A stretch of 64,000 bases of DNA from Flectonema sp. DT1601 (lineage: Eukaryota), in contig OZ025783.1 of the NCBI GenBank assembly GCA_964019425.1, positions 434,001 to 498,000 on the forward strand. Direction: 5' to 3'. This document shows, piece after piece, positions 22,601-33,233 of this stretch (its first letter is position 1; the number at the start of each line of letters is the position of its first letter). The translations under genes were made by a program, and so were the position numbers. The notes below the pieces were generated by a model. That model searched no databases. It saw only the letters and a program-made list of their open reading frames with translations, and had not been told where the DNA came from.

Positions 22601-23523
22601 AAATCAGACACCTGTTCAGCATATGAATGAGAAGAGGAAGTATTTGTTATCACCTGATGACTTACAATACCTCCTCTCGGCGTGTTTGAACCACCAGACT
22701 TGGCGGCTGACAAGAGCGATGCTTGCAACTGTTTTTGTGAGGAGTCGAGAGCCGTTATTGTCTGCTGGCAAATGCTAATTTCCTCAAAAGGTAAATCATC
22801 CTCGAGCATAAGGAGATCCAGCTTCCCTCTGGCAGCATTGATTTCTTTGTTTATTGATAAAAGTTTTTTCTTCATTTCCGAAACGCCATCCGGCGGTGGA
22901 ATCGATTCGGGAACTCTCTCCCCTGGCAACCCTCCAGAGTATACTTCTCTTTGATTCATATTACTTAAGACTGGTAACCTTTCAGATCTATTAGGGTTAT
23001 TATTTCTAACTATTGTTGGTGTGACAGGCTGACTCGGAATATTTTGATTTCTCCCGTGAGGAGCTAACCCTACAGCGTTCCCGTGGAGGGAAGAATTGTT
23101 ATTGAAAGATGATGTCGCATTGCTATGAGAAGAAGTGTTATTGAAGGACGAACTCGTATTTCCGTGAGAAGAAGAAGCGTTATTGAAAGATGATGTCACA
23201 CTGCCATGAGAAGACGTGTTTTTATAAGACGAATTCACATTGCCAAACGAAGTGTTGCTTTTCCAGTTGCCTCCTCCCCTCTGGTGATTTATCGGACCAT
23301 CGCCTTCTCCCAGACCCAAGACTGGTCCAACCAGATCGAAAACATCCATACAAATCCTCTTTAATGTTTCATTGTGCATAACCTTAGTATCACCTTTTAT
23401 TATTGGGTAGGGGTCTGTCTTTTCAGAGGCAGCTTGGCGATCTTGGCTGAATGCATATCTTATTCTGTTGTTTGATGAACCTCCTCGAGCCCTTCTCATT
23501 ACATCCTCGAGATTAGTGTGCAT
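19606..23523 (-). CDS. RECQ: RecQ-family DNA helicase (BLM/Sgs1-like), ~1305 aa
   Basis: FGLNEFRPLQ, LLPTGGGKSLCYQLP, VIDEAHCVSQWGHDFRPDY, ALTATAT, ATIAFGMGINKPDVR, YYQESGRAGRDG, RQC zinc motif CRR..L.YFGE..CDNC and an HRDC-like tail. First ATG is at 23523, just after an acceptor-like AACACAATCAG. Confidence 0.95.
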   Translation of the reverse strand: MHTNLEDVMRRARGGSSNNRIRYAFSQDRQAASEKTDPYPIIKGDTKVMHNETLKRICMDVFDLVGPVLGLGEGDGPINHQRGGGNWKSNTSFGNVNSSYKNTSSHGSVTSSFNNASSSHGNTSSSFNNTSSHSNATSSFNNNSSLHGNAVGLAPHGRNQNIPSQPVTPTIVRNNNPNRSERLPVLSNMNQREVYSGGLPGERVPESIPPPDGVSEMKKKLLSINKEINAARGKLDLLMLEDDLPFEEISICQQTITALDSSQKQLQASLLSAAKSGGSNTPRGGIVSHQVITNTSSSHSYAEQVSDFPSNNLSSNYATQNDSNRYSSSVNTPVGGNQQFSQQGFESAGSFSNNYATQDMNRYPEGIGGLPGGISTPGGGNQSQQTSFSNSNDANRYPEGIGGLPSGNQSLSMSQQGFEPASSFSNSNDANRYPEGIGGLPGGNQSFTSQQGTGRGDPSGSRNSKTSCLQLDDLGDVAEDEFIKGGVQAGGDGHSGLSMTVWCKQKSTETPPESIYQRDGWKSDQYHWIPACRLMMRDAFGLNEFRPLQREVVNAVMANRDVFVLLPTGGGKSLCYQLPAIVSNPAAVTLVISPLLSLIQDQIAGLLACGLRCAAFTGKSPPSTLSAVYSEWSRGEILTGLIYTTPEYLSKSGKLATELLKLFQKGLFRRVVIDEAHCVSQWGHDFRPDYLDLKYLKEKFRDSRGASIPITALTATATDKVLSDIMRNLGIPNCVVFKASFNRRNLAYSVVRGRKATVLDDIANDIASDPKKRDSCGIVYCLAKADCEKMRDKLHSKGVTASVYHSEAAGKELAQESWSGDKTRVICATIAFGMGINKPDVRWVIHAALPKSIEGYYQESGRAGRDGEKSACTLYWCATDTARLHFLMLKGSKDNSSASSNLKNLARMIQYCTDDVTCRRKLTLEYFGEEVSDRYCDQSNSAMCDNCVAMTNYETKYQDCGSQAVQMGELLAGLGSDCTAKQLVDLWKGKPPKQFITRMRNNPAPHFGSGVQKGNDVTIATAERIVNWMVAEDILSATLKQITDFVISSYLSPGSRLLFDKLRSGQLLCKIATRGTAKKRKLSTITTKAVEPDEPSSEQRKILTEEMKDIRSRISEQNKMKPFQVLSYKSLVELVELVFDSSNPLSIKDYIGITNIGFNKAAQFGWPFFKLAREWRVSIKNDCTPATDADRQKFDEMKMSLTSAQDAHPVPDPHIIADDRSDVVDNNLLLQDSPNTPTISPPPSATSRDYSILDDGDCAGAENDFHTPSASSHNVWSTPGKNSTPRSRGGGSDKKNPFDHMRHSK

Positions 23524-23793
23524 TACTTTATGAGAACCCCTGATTGTGTTAGAGATAGTTGTAAATAACAAGTCATAAAGTATAAAGGTAAACTTATTTA
23601 GAGATGAACACCACACATGTTTTGAAGGAATAATTGACCTGTTCGGAAATAAACTTTATCTTCTCAAAGGTAACACAATTTTGATATTTTAATTTCTTAA
23701 CAAGCGGAGAACAAAACATCCGCTTAGCATGACCGTAAAAATGCAACTTTTTCCGAAGTACAAATAATTCGACAGGACAACTAAAACAATAAA

Positions 23794-25438
23794 TTAATCC
23801 CACAACTTGATAGTGCTGTCCCATGATGAAGTTAGCACCTTTGATGATTCAGTCGGATGCCATATATGAGATATAAGGACTGAGTCGTGGCATTTGAAAT
23901 GTTTTGTCATTTTACAATTTTTCCAATTCCAAATAAATAATTCACCGTCTCCATTACCGCTACTAACAAATGATCCATCGTTTGAGAATCCAACCTCACA
24001 TGCGTAACCCGCAGTACGGTGACCACTGAATCTCTTTTTTCTGTGGAGTTGAAATCTCTCACCTGCGGTGTACATCAGAATTTGATTATCCATGGACTGT
24101 AGACCAAAGAATCGTCCGTTGGGGTACATTGTCGACTGTAGTTGAATTTATTATATTTTGTTCTTTCGACAAAACAAGATAAAACACTTAAGAGAAAAAA
24201 AGAAAATATCATAAAAATCATACCGAAGGTAAACTATGCATGGCTGGGTCGCTTACTTGCTTGATAGTAACTGGGAGGTCCATCTCCCAAATTCGAATTG
24301 TTTTGTCATCAGAAGTGGTAACAATTTTCCTACCAGAATCAATAAAAGTGCAAGTATTAACAGCCCCAAGATGTTGGTCGTATGATCGAATAATCGTTCC
24401 TGAGGATGTATCGAACTGGTGAAGTTGGTAGTCAGAGCATCCTGCAAAGAACTGAGTTGACTTTGAAGGATCTGGATGGTATTTAACAACATTTGCAAGT
24501 GATCCGTTGCTGTAGGTACCCAGAACACTACCAGTTTCTGTATCCCATTCTCTGATAAATCGATCGTGTGCAGTTGTTAAGAACTTCGATCCATCAAAAT
24601 TAAACGCCAGATCCTTAACACCCAAATCATGACCAATGTATGTATGAACTGGTTTAGGTGTTCCAGTATGCCATAATTTTACTTTTCCTTCTAAACCTCC
24701 AGAAGCAAACATATGACCAACAGGAGGTAACCATCTGAGTACGTGAACACCTTTATTATGTCCTCTGTAAGTATGTAAGAGTTTCTTTGGTAAATAGCAT
24801 TGAGCTGATTTAGGGTGAGAAGGAGGATCCAAAATAATATTCCTTCCCTGGTAATCGTGGATAGTGTCAACGTGTCTAGTGAAGCTCGGTTCACAGGCGA
24901 TAACTCGACGCTGTTTTTCACCTTTTCTTTCAGTCCAGTACATGGTATGGCCTTCAATATGTTCGTCGTTTTCCTCTTCTTCTGTGTTTGCGACGACTCC
25001 TTCTCCAGTTGTTGTTAATTTCAAATCTGATTTCTTAATAACTTCACCACCAGCGGTGACTATCGTGTCAGCATCTTCTTCTGACTTCTTTTGTTCAGAT
25101 TCAACCGCGAGTTGCCGAGGATCTTTTGCTGTTTTTTTCGTCTTCCACTCCGTAAATTGAGTTTTTTTAAGGGCTTCCTTGTACTTCTGATCGAACATAT
25201 GCTCGTTCATGTACGATTCTTCAAAGTGTCCTGTGTGACTGTTTCTATAATTCGCATCAGGTGCTCTCCATGGGTGAGCTGGTCCCACTTCAGGAGCGAA
25301 CATCTCATCCGCTCGCAGGTTTGATTGGACTTCAGAACAACCTGTATCTTGAAGTGCTATGTCATTTTCATCAACAACGTCTGGGGCAAGGTCGACCATC
25401 GGCCTCTTATAACTAAGCCTAGTGTTGGGATCAGACAT
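23794..25438 (-). CDS. CDC40: pre-mRNA splicing factor CDC40/PRP17 (WD40), ~518 aa, two exons (25438-24224, 24135-23794)
   Basis: MFAPEVGPAHPW, DYQGR, CYLPKKLLHTYRGHNKGV, YDQHLGAVN, TTSDDKTIRIWE, DPAMHSLP, QSMDNQI, KKRFSGHRTAGYAC, WHPTESSKV. An 88-nt phase-0 intron TCG|GTATGA...AACTACAG|TCG lies at 24223-24136. Confidence 0.95.
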
Positions 25439-25911
25439 AATTATTACTGCTGTGATATAAGAAAATTAAAATTAATTATAAATAAACATTTTTCACTAAA
25501 GATAAATACCCATCTTCACTACTAATCTTAAATGGTTCCTGATGAGTAAGAATAATAAACTGATAACATAAACATCTCAACCGATACCTTGTTGCTGGGG
25601 TTCAAGCATAACCACAAAGATCAACTAGGAAGAAATAAGTATATACCAGACAGACCCTTTAATAGCCTCACACTCGGCTTGTCATTCAGATTAAAAAGAA
25701 AATTATTATTTTTTTTCTGGAAAAGGAAGGGGGGTAAAAGGGGAAGACTGTGTTAGGATTTTTTTATTCAGTTTTTTTACTAGAACGAAGCACGACGAAC
25801 CCAACAAGAGGGTTCGACAAAAGAAAATTTAAAGAAAGGAAAAACAAAAACCGTCTCCCTCTACCTAATTGGCACATAACTGCGCCTGTTTATTATTGGT
25901 TCGACTCAGAA

Positions 25912-25942
<31 letters not shown>

Positions 25943-27288
25943 CAGTTTACATAAGTTATAATCATAATAGTGTACTTCATTTGAGATATACATAAAAAAT
26001 AAAATAATTTTTTTTAAAATAAAATAAAAATCACTGCTCTGCTGTTCCATTTCAATGCCGTCATCACCGTTAAATATCACTGTGAACATCACTACTAAAA
26101 TAACAGTAACATCATCTGTTATAAATGTGATTGACGTTAGGCAACTACAATTCTTTTCAGCAAAACTGATTGTGAAATAAATATCGAACTCAAAATATAT
26201 AAATTAAGGGGGAAAAGACCAACTGAAGTGGAGGACAGCATTGTTAGCCCCTTCATCCCCCCTCAAAAAAAAAAAAAAAAAAACAGATTTACCTTAGAGA
26301 TGTTACCGTCCCAAGCCTGAATGTGCACTGCGGAGTACAGCATTAATACAACATTTAGATAGCAACTTTCCCGTAGGATCGAAGACTTTCACAAACGTGC
26401 ACCAATACAGAACTTTACCCCAGTTACGCTGCTACAATTCTTTCTGCCTACAACAGGTGCTTGTAGGTACAAAAATAAAAAAGTCAATATTTTCTCCTCA
26501 TTTCTTTTAAACAGTACTAGAGAACGATAAAAACTGATGGTCGGGGTATATTGACTTCTGTTAACGTATCACTCTACCGAGAAAAGTAACCACGCAATGA
26601 TAGAACACCGTGAAGGGGGAAAGAAGGAAAAAAAATAAGTGTGGGTCTCTTTAATTATTCTCTTTACAGAATAGTACCTGTGGTGCCATCCTGTGACTGC
26701 TGTATTGTATGGTAAGAATGGCAAGCTAGCTGAAAAGATGGGCCAATCAATTTTCCGAAGGCGAAACCAACACCGAGACAAGAGTGTTTGAGTAAAAAGT
26801 AATAATTAAAAACCTTTCAGATTAGCCTTATATTTCGTTGAAACGCAGACAGAATCCTGTCGCACGGAGAAAATAAATCATGACCATAAGAAATAACGGT
26901 TTTCAATCTGAAAAGTTTCTCCTCCGACTACATCGTTACAAAAAAAAAATCAATAATATTAATAATATTAATATAAAAAAAACAGATTTTAATTAACAAT
27001 CAATACATCTACGTAACTAATATGAGCTAACTTTAATATGCCAACAAACAATTTCAATCTGTAACAACATTTCCTGCTTTGAAATTTCACCTTATCGTGC
27101 GCGAACTTATTCCCACGCAAACTCATTCCTTGATAACGAAACATTTTACAGGTGATTACAAATTGCCTTCAATAACAGGGTCGTATTCTTTCCTTGTCTT
27201 TTTATTATCCAATAGAAAAATATGTTTTGAAGAACCAAAGCGGATACTAAACAACTTACCTTATGTTGTCTACTTACTACACAAGGAC

Positions 27289-28989
27289 CTAAACTTGTGT
27301 TTCCTCTTCTTCTGAGGCTTCTGCTGGGTCGAGAGGATTAGTTTTTTGCTCTCCAGGTTCATCTTCTGCGGTCATCTCGCAGGCGGGATGTGCAGCATTT
27401 ACGTCGTCAACATGGTCAAATATCTCAGCGTCGACTGCTGCTGTCTGCCCGATAGGCTCAGGACCATCCTATTTGTGTTGAATGATAAAACAAGAAACTT
27501 AATTAATGGTTCACGTGTAATACTTGTAAAAATAATAATTCACGTAAATTTGGGGATTTATAATAACAAAAAAGGTAACAACACATACCCCTTCCTCATC
27601 GTCAGAATCGTTCCTAAGTTGGATAGAGTAAAGAAGTCCCTGAGAGTAGGATGTCGGCCTCCACATTATCATCAGTGTTAGTAAAATGCATTCAAACAAA
27701 ACAGGGAAGAATGCATGAAAGACCCACCACCCCTGCCAAATTGATTCCAAAAACTTTCTGTTAGACTGGTGATGAATAAAGATCGCAGTTGTTGCTACAG
27801 TCCAAGTAAAAATAATAAATAAATACACTACGAGAAGATCATGAAGACGTGTGAGTAGTTTTTGTTTAATTGTTTGTTTTTGTTTGCGTAGCTCATCAAT
27901 AACGATACCAACTCTAAACAAAACATAAAAGTACACCAGAATATCAAACATATTCTGAGCACCACTAATGATCGCACCCTTGTTGTCATTATCACGTGGG
28001 TCGAGCAAGAATGAAGCACTCGAAACAACCAGGTAAATTAAAACTGCAACAGCAGCAATACCAGGACTTGATTCTCTCAGAGAATATATTGTACGATAAC
28101 CATGAGCGAGAAGTATTAATACCAGACACCAGAAACCTTTTTGTAAAATAGTCATCGACACAGCTGCGTAGTACTCCGCATCAGGAAAGTCATTAGACTC
28201 GTTCCAAGACTTGTCAAAGTATGTCATGGCCATTTGTTCAGCGATGGTACATACAAGTGTCGCCGTTAAAATATAATGAAGAAGTCCCCAAACAGATCTT
28301 TTGTAGACTCCGTAAGCAACCCACGTTAACAGTACAGTAACAAGAAGGATGGTGTTCCAAAGATGAAAGCGGTACTCACCCCAACCTTTGTATGTTAGCA
28401 GTCCAGTTGGGGATTCCCAAATGAGAGATCCCTTCCCTACTACAGTTGCCTTGACAGGTCGGTAGTCACCAAGACTGTTGTCACACATGAAGACTGATTC
28501 AACATAAAGTCCTTTGTTAACTAAATTAATCTTTGTATTGACAACCCAGGCTTTTCCGACCCTAGAATTAACACCACCCCTAATAAAAATCTCATTTAAT
28601 GCCTCATATTCCTTCAGTAGTTCGACATTCAAAGAAGAGCTGGTGCGATATAAGTCGCAAAGGTTTTTTGGAATCGCACCCGGTGGCTTCGTATTTATCA
28701 AATCTAAAATCTTTTGTTCATATTTAGTAGGGTACACCACAAATCCCAAAAAGACTTGTGGGTGAAGATTTGCTGTATTCCCATTGTACGTCATGTTAAA
28801 GTCTGCAGTCAGAGTCGAACCAGCATCCATTCCCACTAATCTATTAGGCCAAATACGAAGTGGTTTGTTCAGAAGATTTCCTTCTGTTTTGTAATTGTAA
28901 GACTTACTCATATCAACCCTAAACCCACTCACCTCCAAAGTACAACCAATCACTAAAATTAATTTTAACGCGTTGACCACCATCTTCAT
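27289..28989 (-). CDS. GOST / lung seven-transmembrane family protein (GPR107/TMEM87-like), two exons (28989-27589, 27468-27289)
   Basis: Signal peptide, luminal domain and seven hydrophobic helices with LHY, LILLAHGY, LRKQKQTIKQKL and MIMWRPT. A 120-nt intron GGG|GTATGT...CAAATAG|GAT (27588-27469) adds an in-frame acidic tail DGPEPIG...EEEETQV*. Confidence 0.82.
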
Positions 28990-29625
28990 ATTGTTTTGGA
29001 GAAGTTTGTCTCTTTTTTTCTTACCCTTCTTTTGTTTGTGTTGTGGTTGTGTATTCTCTCTGAAGGGGGGGAAGACTGTTTGATTAGGTTCATACGAATA
29101 TAAATCTCTGTATTGTATCAGAACTCAATAACAAAATTAAAAAACTCATGACACGGTGACTAAAATGTTAATACAGGCTAACACTCTGCACATGACGTAC
29201 TTGCTCTACATTATAATAAATGTTTCTAACTTATCTGCATACATGTCTCTTTTTCCGTGTTGTCATTCAGTGCAGTACGGAATCGTGTTATGCAATTACG
29301 AATTAATCGTGAGCCCTGGGAAACCAAAACCAGGGTATAATGTAATACGGCAGAGTGTAGGTTTCGCCTATAGTCTCGTCAAGAAATAAACAATTTTTAT
29401 AAAAAAATAAAAATGAACATTTCTTTGTAAAATTCTTTATAAAAAAAGTTGTTAGCAACAATTGCTAGTTCGTAGCACACTACTAGCGGAGCACTCACCT
29501 TAAATAAATTAAAGTAGTAATGTCCAAAATAAGTTGGAATAACATGAGGGGGTTACATAGTTCAACATTAAATGTTGGGGCATCAACGGGTCTAGAGTGA
29601 GAGAATTTTAATGGCAAAGTCTGAA

Positions 29626-30072
29626 GGGGGGTAACTTGATACTAATATTAAATGGAAAGCAACTTGAAACTGGCAAAAACGAGAATAGGGTTCGGCCAAA
29701 CCTGGTTGCAATATAAGAAATCAACAGTTGGTATCGATAAAAAATCCCATATGTGCTGTCGAATATGGGGATTCGGGGGCCACGTACTACAGGTTGAGCG
29801 CCCCCATGCCCTGTAGCCCGTTACAGCTTAAATAGTATTCCTTCACACTTCAAAGGTAAATAAGTATTAAAGGAAAATTAAAAAAAGGGAAAACTATTTT
29901 TGCAAAAAGGGGGGGGGATAAATAAATCAAGGGTTAACACGCAACAAATTAGACATGAATCATCATAACTGGATTCCGTCCACACAAAATCGCATGCTTC
30001 AGAAAAAAATGCTGTCAAGTCATATTGACCGGGGACCGCGCACTACAGGTTGCCTGCAGGTCGCTACAGCTT
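29626..30072. repeat. second, rearranged copy of the dispersed A/B repeat with two GC-rich stem-loops
   Basis: B at 29626-29743 and A at 29916-30022. CTACAGG...CCTG(T/C)AG stems at 29787-29816 and 30043-30059. Confidence 0.75.
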
Positions 30073-31264
30073 GAAAACATTAATGCATTAATGGTAATTT
30101 GCTTTCCATGTCTGTACAGCACCTGAATAAAGAATATAAAGTAATACGCACAAGTGGCAGAACAGATACTAAGGACATTCATGTGACCCTATCCTAAAGG
30201 TTCACTGCGTTTGAATTGAAGAGTGGAAGTGGGTGAGTGGCTGTGAACTGCAGAAGAAGTTCGATAATAACGATAAAACTAATAACAGTACCACTCACGC
30301 ATCGATTCCGCATCGATAAATCTAACTGTTAAACAATTAGGTTTATTTTTAGCATCTCCTCTTCATCAGTCAACCTGACTAAGACCTTAAAGTTGATGTT
30401 TGCTTACTGTCATTTTCATATTCCGCTACTTTGCATTCTTTTCTTTTCTTTTATTAAGAGCGGGAAGATACCAAAGCATAGACATCAACAGCCTTAGGGC
30501 CAGTGAACATTGTTGATTTTTAGGTGACCTTCTTCTTGATGCAGAAGAGACAATGTGGAAAGGAGAGGGAGCGGGAATGGTTGTGTAGCAGTATCTTACT
30601 GTCTTAGGATGGCTGACTGATAACATCTACAACTCCCCACATACTCATTGTGTAGTATGTCTTCCTGGGCAACATGGGGAGTGCATTGCAGCCTCCAAGA
30701 TGATTAACAACACCTCCTGTTTGTGAGTTAGCGCTGGGGAGTCGGCGAGCAAAGTCTCGCAATCTGTTTAATCCAACATTCTTCTTTTATTTTTTTTTAA
30801 GGTAGGAACAAGATTGGGAAATGGGCGCAGGGCCACTTGGGGCATAAACCAAGATAAGTCGCTATGAGCGGCTGACGTTATTTCCCAACTTCACCGGGCG
30901 TCAGTTGCGACGAAGTATGTTCCCAATCGGGATTAAACAGTTTGCTTTCTTTCTTTTCTTTGCTGCCGATGCGCAGCTGTAGACAAAGAAGTCCGACTTC
31001 AATGTCATTTGTTTACTTAGGACAAATAATAAAAACAAAACACATACAGCTACAGGATACTCACATCTGTTGGACCGATATCGATGCTTTCGTTGTCTTC
31101 CCTGGCATTGTTTTTAAAATAACACTTGTTCTCTCCCTGTTATTCAAATACTCTGCTAAAATTACAACACAATTAAAACAGGTCTGTCATTGCTTTATTT
31201 CCGCATTCTGTTTTGCCATGGGACGATGGAAGTACTTCGATGGAGGCTCAGCAGCGATGTGATG

Positions 31265-32217
31265 CTATCCTTGTATGTATTTTGTGTATGTTATGCTGTA
31301 TTCTTGTATTAAAATATCATTCTTGTCTTGCAGGGAAAGGCCGTGGCTAAAATCTGTGGCTTCCACTTCAAAACGCTTAAGGAGATCGGGGCGAGTAGTA
31401 CGTAGATCGCGCAATCGGTGACCAAGACCCGATTGCTTCGCGAGAGAACGGTAAGAAAAAATCTTAATAAGGCGCTCCCATTCAGCAGAAGCTGAAAACT
31501 TTTTCGACCAATTGGACGATTTCTCCATAATAACATTGTAGACACCGTGCATGTCAGAGTCCTGTGAGGATCTGAGGATGTCTAGTTTAATTGATTGCGC
31601 TTGTTTATATAGCGTCTCAACTCTTTTGTGTCTGAGACCAACAGTGTTCTTTGAACCAGTAAAAAGGATAACTGTGTTCGCAGAGCGGACAAATCCCCAC
31701 CATTTCTTCAAAAAAGGTTTAATAATTTTGTCCATTTTTTTGGCAAAAGGGAGAGATAAGTCATGGATCATCAAACTCCATGTTAACCTTGACAATAACA
31801 AGTGTTGGACAGACCAAGCCTTCTGAGACCCATACAGTGGCATGGCGTCGACTTTTTTTAAAAAATTCCTAGTAAAAGTGGTCAGGCGCTCTCTCAATTT
31901 CTGTTCTTTGGCGTTCGGCTCAAACCAGCGCCCGAGGTATTTGAACTCTCCAGCTTCCTGGAGATTCGTAATCGGAACATTGTTAATCTTCAGGTCCGTG
32001 TTAGCTGGTTTCCCTTGTACAAAGCTGTGGGCAATGCATTTCTGGGGTTTCGCTTTCATACGAGACCAGGAAAGAAACTGTTCAAGCGACTTGATTAGCA
32101 ATTTTGCCCCCGCCTTTGATGACGTGGTAAGTTGTAAATCATCAGCAAAAGCTGCAACTAATAATAGTTGGAGGGATTTATTGTTAAACTCGCATCGCGT
32201 GTGCGGTGGGTTTAATC
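31265..32217 (-). mobile_element. non-LTR retrotransposon reverse-transcriptase fragment (truncated)
   Basis: The frame upstream of the 278-aa ORF reads LLVAAFADDLQLTTSS (RT active-site FADD), then FLSWSRMKAKPQKC, FKYLGRWF, PLYGSQK, L.W.L and GL. The earlier RT subdomains and a C-terminal endonuclease are not recognisable. Confidence 0.85.
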
Positions 32218-33233
32218 ACTGAGGGGCCCATTCTCGTTCAGACTGTTCTGTTCTGTTCTGGTGTCTTTCCATTACTCCTCCCATCTCTGCCAGGAGACAG
32301 CCTGACAACCCATATTGATATTCCTTGAGAGGTCCTTCGCCTGAATCCCCTTCTTGCGAATTGTTGTAAGGAAGCTGCGGTACTGTAGAAAATTTTCCTC
32401 TATACTCATGAGGGACTCACGTTCGCAAGGCAGGGAACACTTTTCGACAGTACTGTGTTTTCATCATAGTATAAACGAAACAACCATCAGGGGTGGACTC
32501 CTCAGACAATGTGAATGCTGGTTCTGTAAGCCAGATATCGCGAACAACTCGACCATGATCATTCAGCAAATATGAGATGTCAATTGTGGCTGCCTCTGAC
32601 ATGTCACGTGCAACCTCTGCCCAAAACTGGAGAAGTTGTCGCGGAGTGCGATGCTCCCGGGAGAATGAGATGAGACGTCAGAGCACACCATTCACAATAC
32701 TATATTGTGCACACATGAACTCCATGATGTTGCCCATTTCCTCGTTACTGAGAGACATCAGGTAAGCGTATGCCCGCCTGCGACGATGAGAGTACTTGAT
32801 GAGTCGCTCGTTGCGCTGCAAGAATGTGAGAACCCACCTGAAGAATGGAATACCTCGAAGCGGGCATGATAACACATAGCATGCAAATGCTAAGGTTCCG
32901 AAGCACCCATTCGTAACCTTCCCTTTAAATGGGCACGCCCTAAAAGAGATGCGGTGCTTCTTGCGAAGCCAGTAAGCAAACGACCGATTCCCACGTATGT
33001 ATCTCTTGTTCTTTGGCTGGTCTGGGATGTGGGAACCATTCCTGATTCTGATGTGTTGAATCTTCACGTTTGGTCTAAGGCATCTCAGTCTGAGCGACTG
33101 GACAATTTAACCCCGGCGCAAGTCATTAAGAGTAATTGCGATACTTAGTTTACAAGTATTAATACCTTAATAAATGTCTCTTCCCTATTCCCTTCAAAAT
33201 TTCAATAACATGGATCTCGAGTGCGTGAGAATT

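Noticed and set aside
23524..23616. N-terminal extension of RecQ in the ORF track
   Set aside because: It starts at a non-ATG codon, is AT-rich and contains an acceptor-like CAG. The first ATG is at 23523.
27200..27260. Perfect donor AAG|GTAAGT ~30 nt after the GOST stop codon (possible 3' UTR intron)
   Set aside because: No way to validate it without transcripts, and no frame constraint supports it.
32330..33150. GC-richer segment with short ORFs (e.g. 32678-33067) upstream of the RT fragment
   Set aside because: No recognisable motif and not in frame with the RT. It may be decayed element sequence but cannot be assigned.
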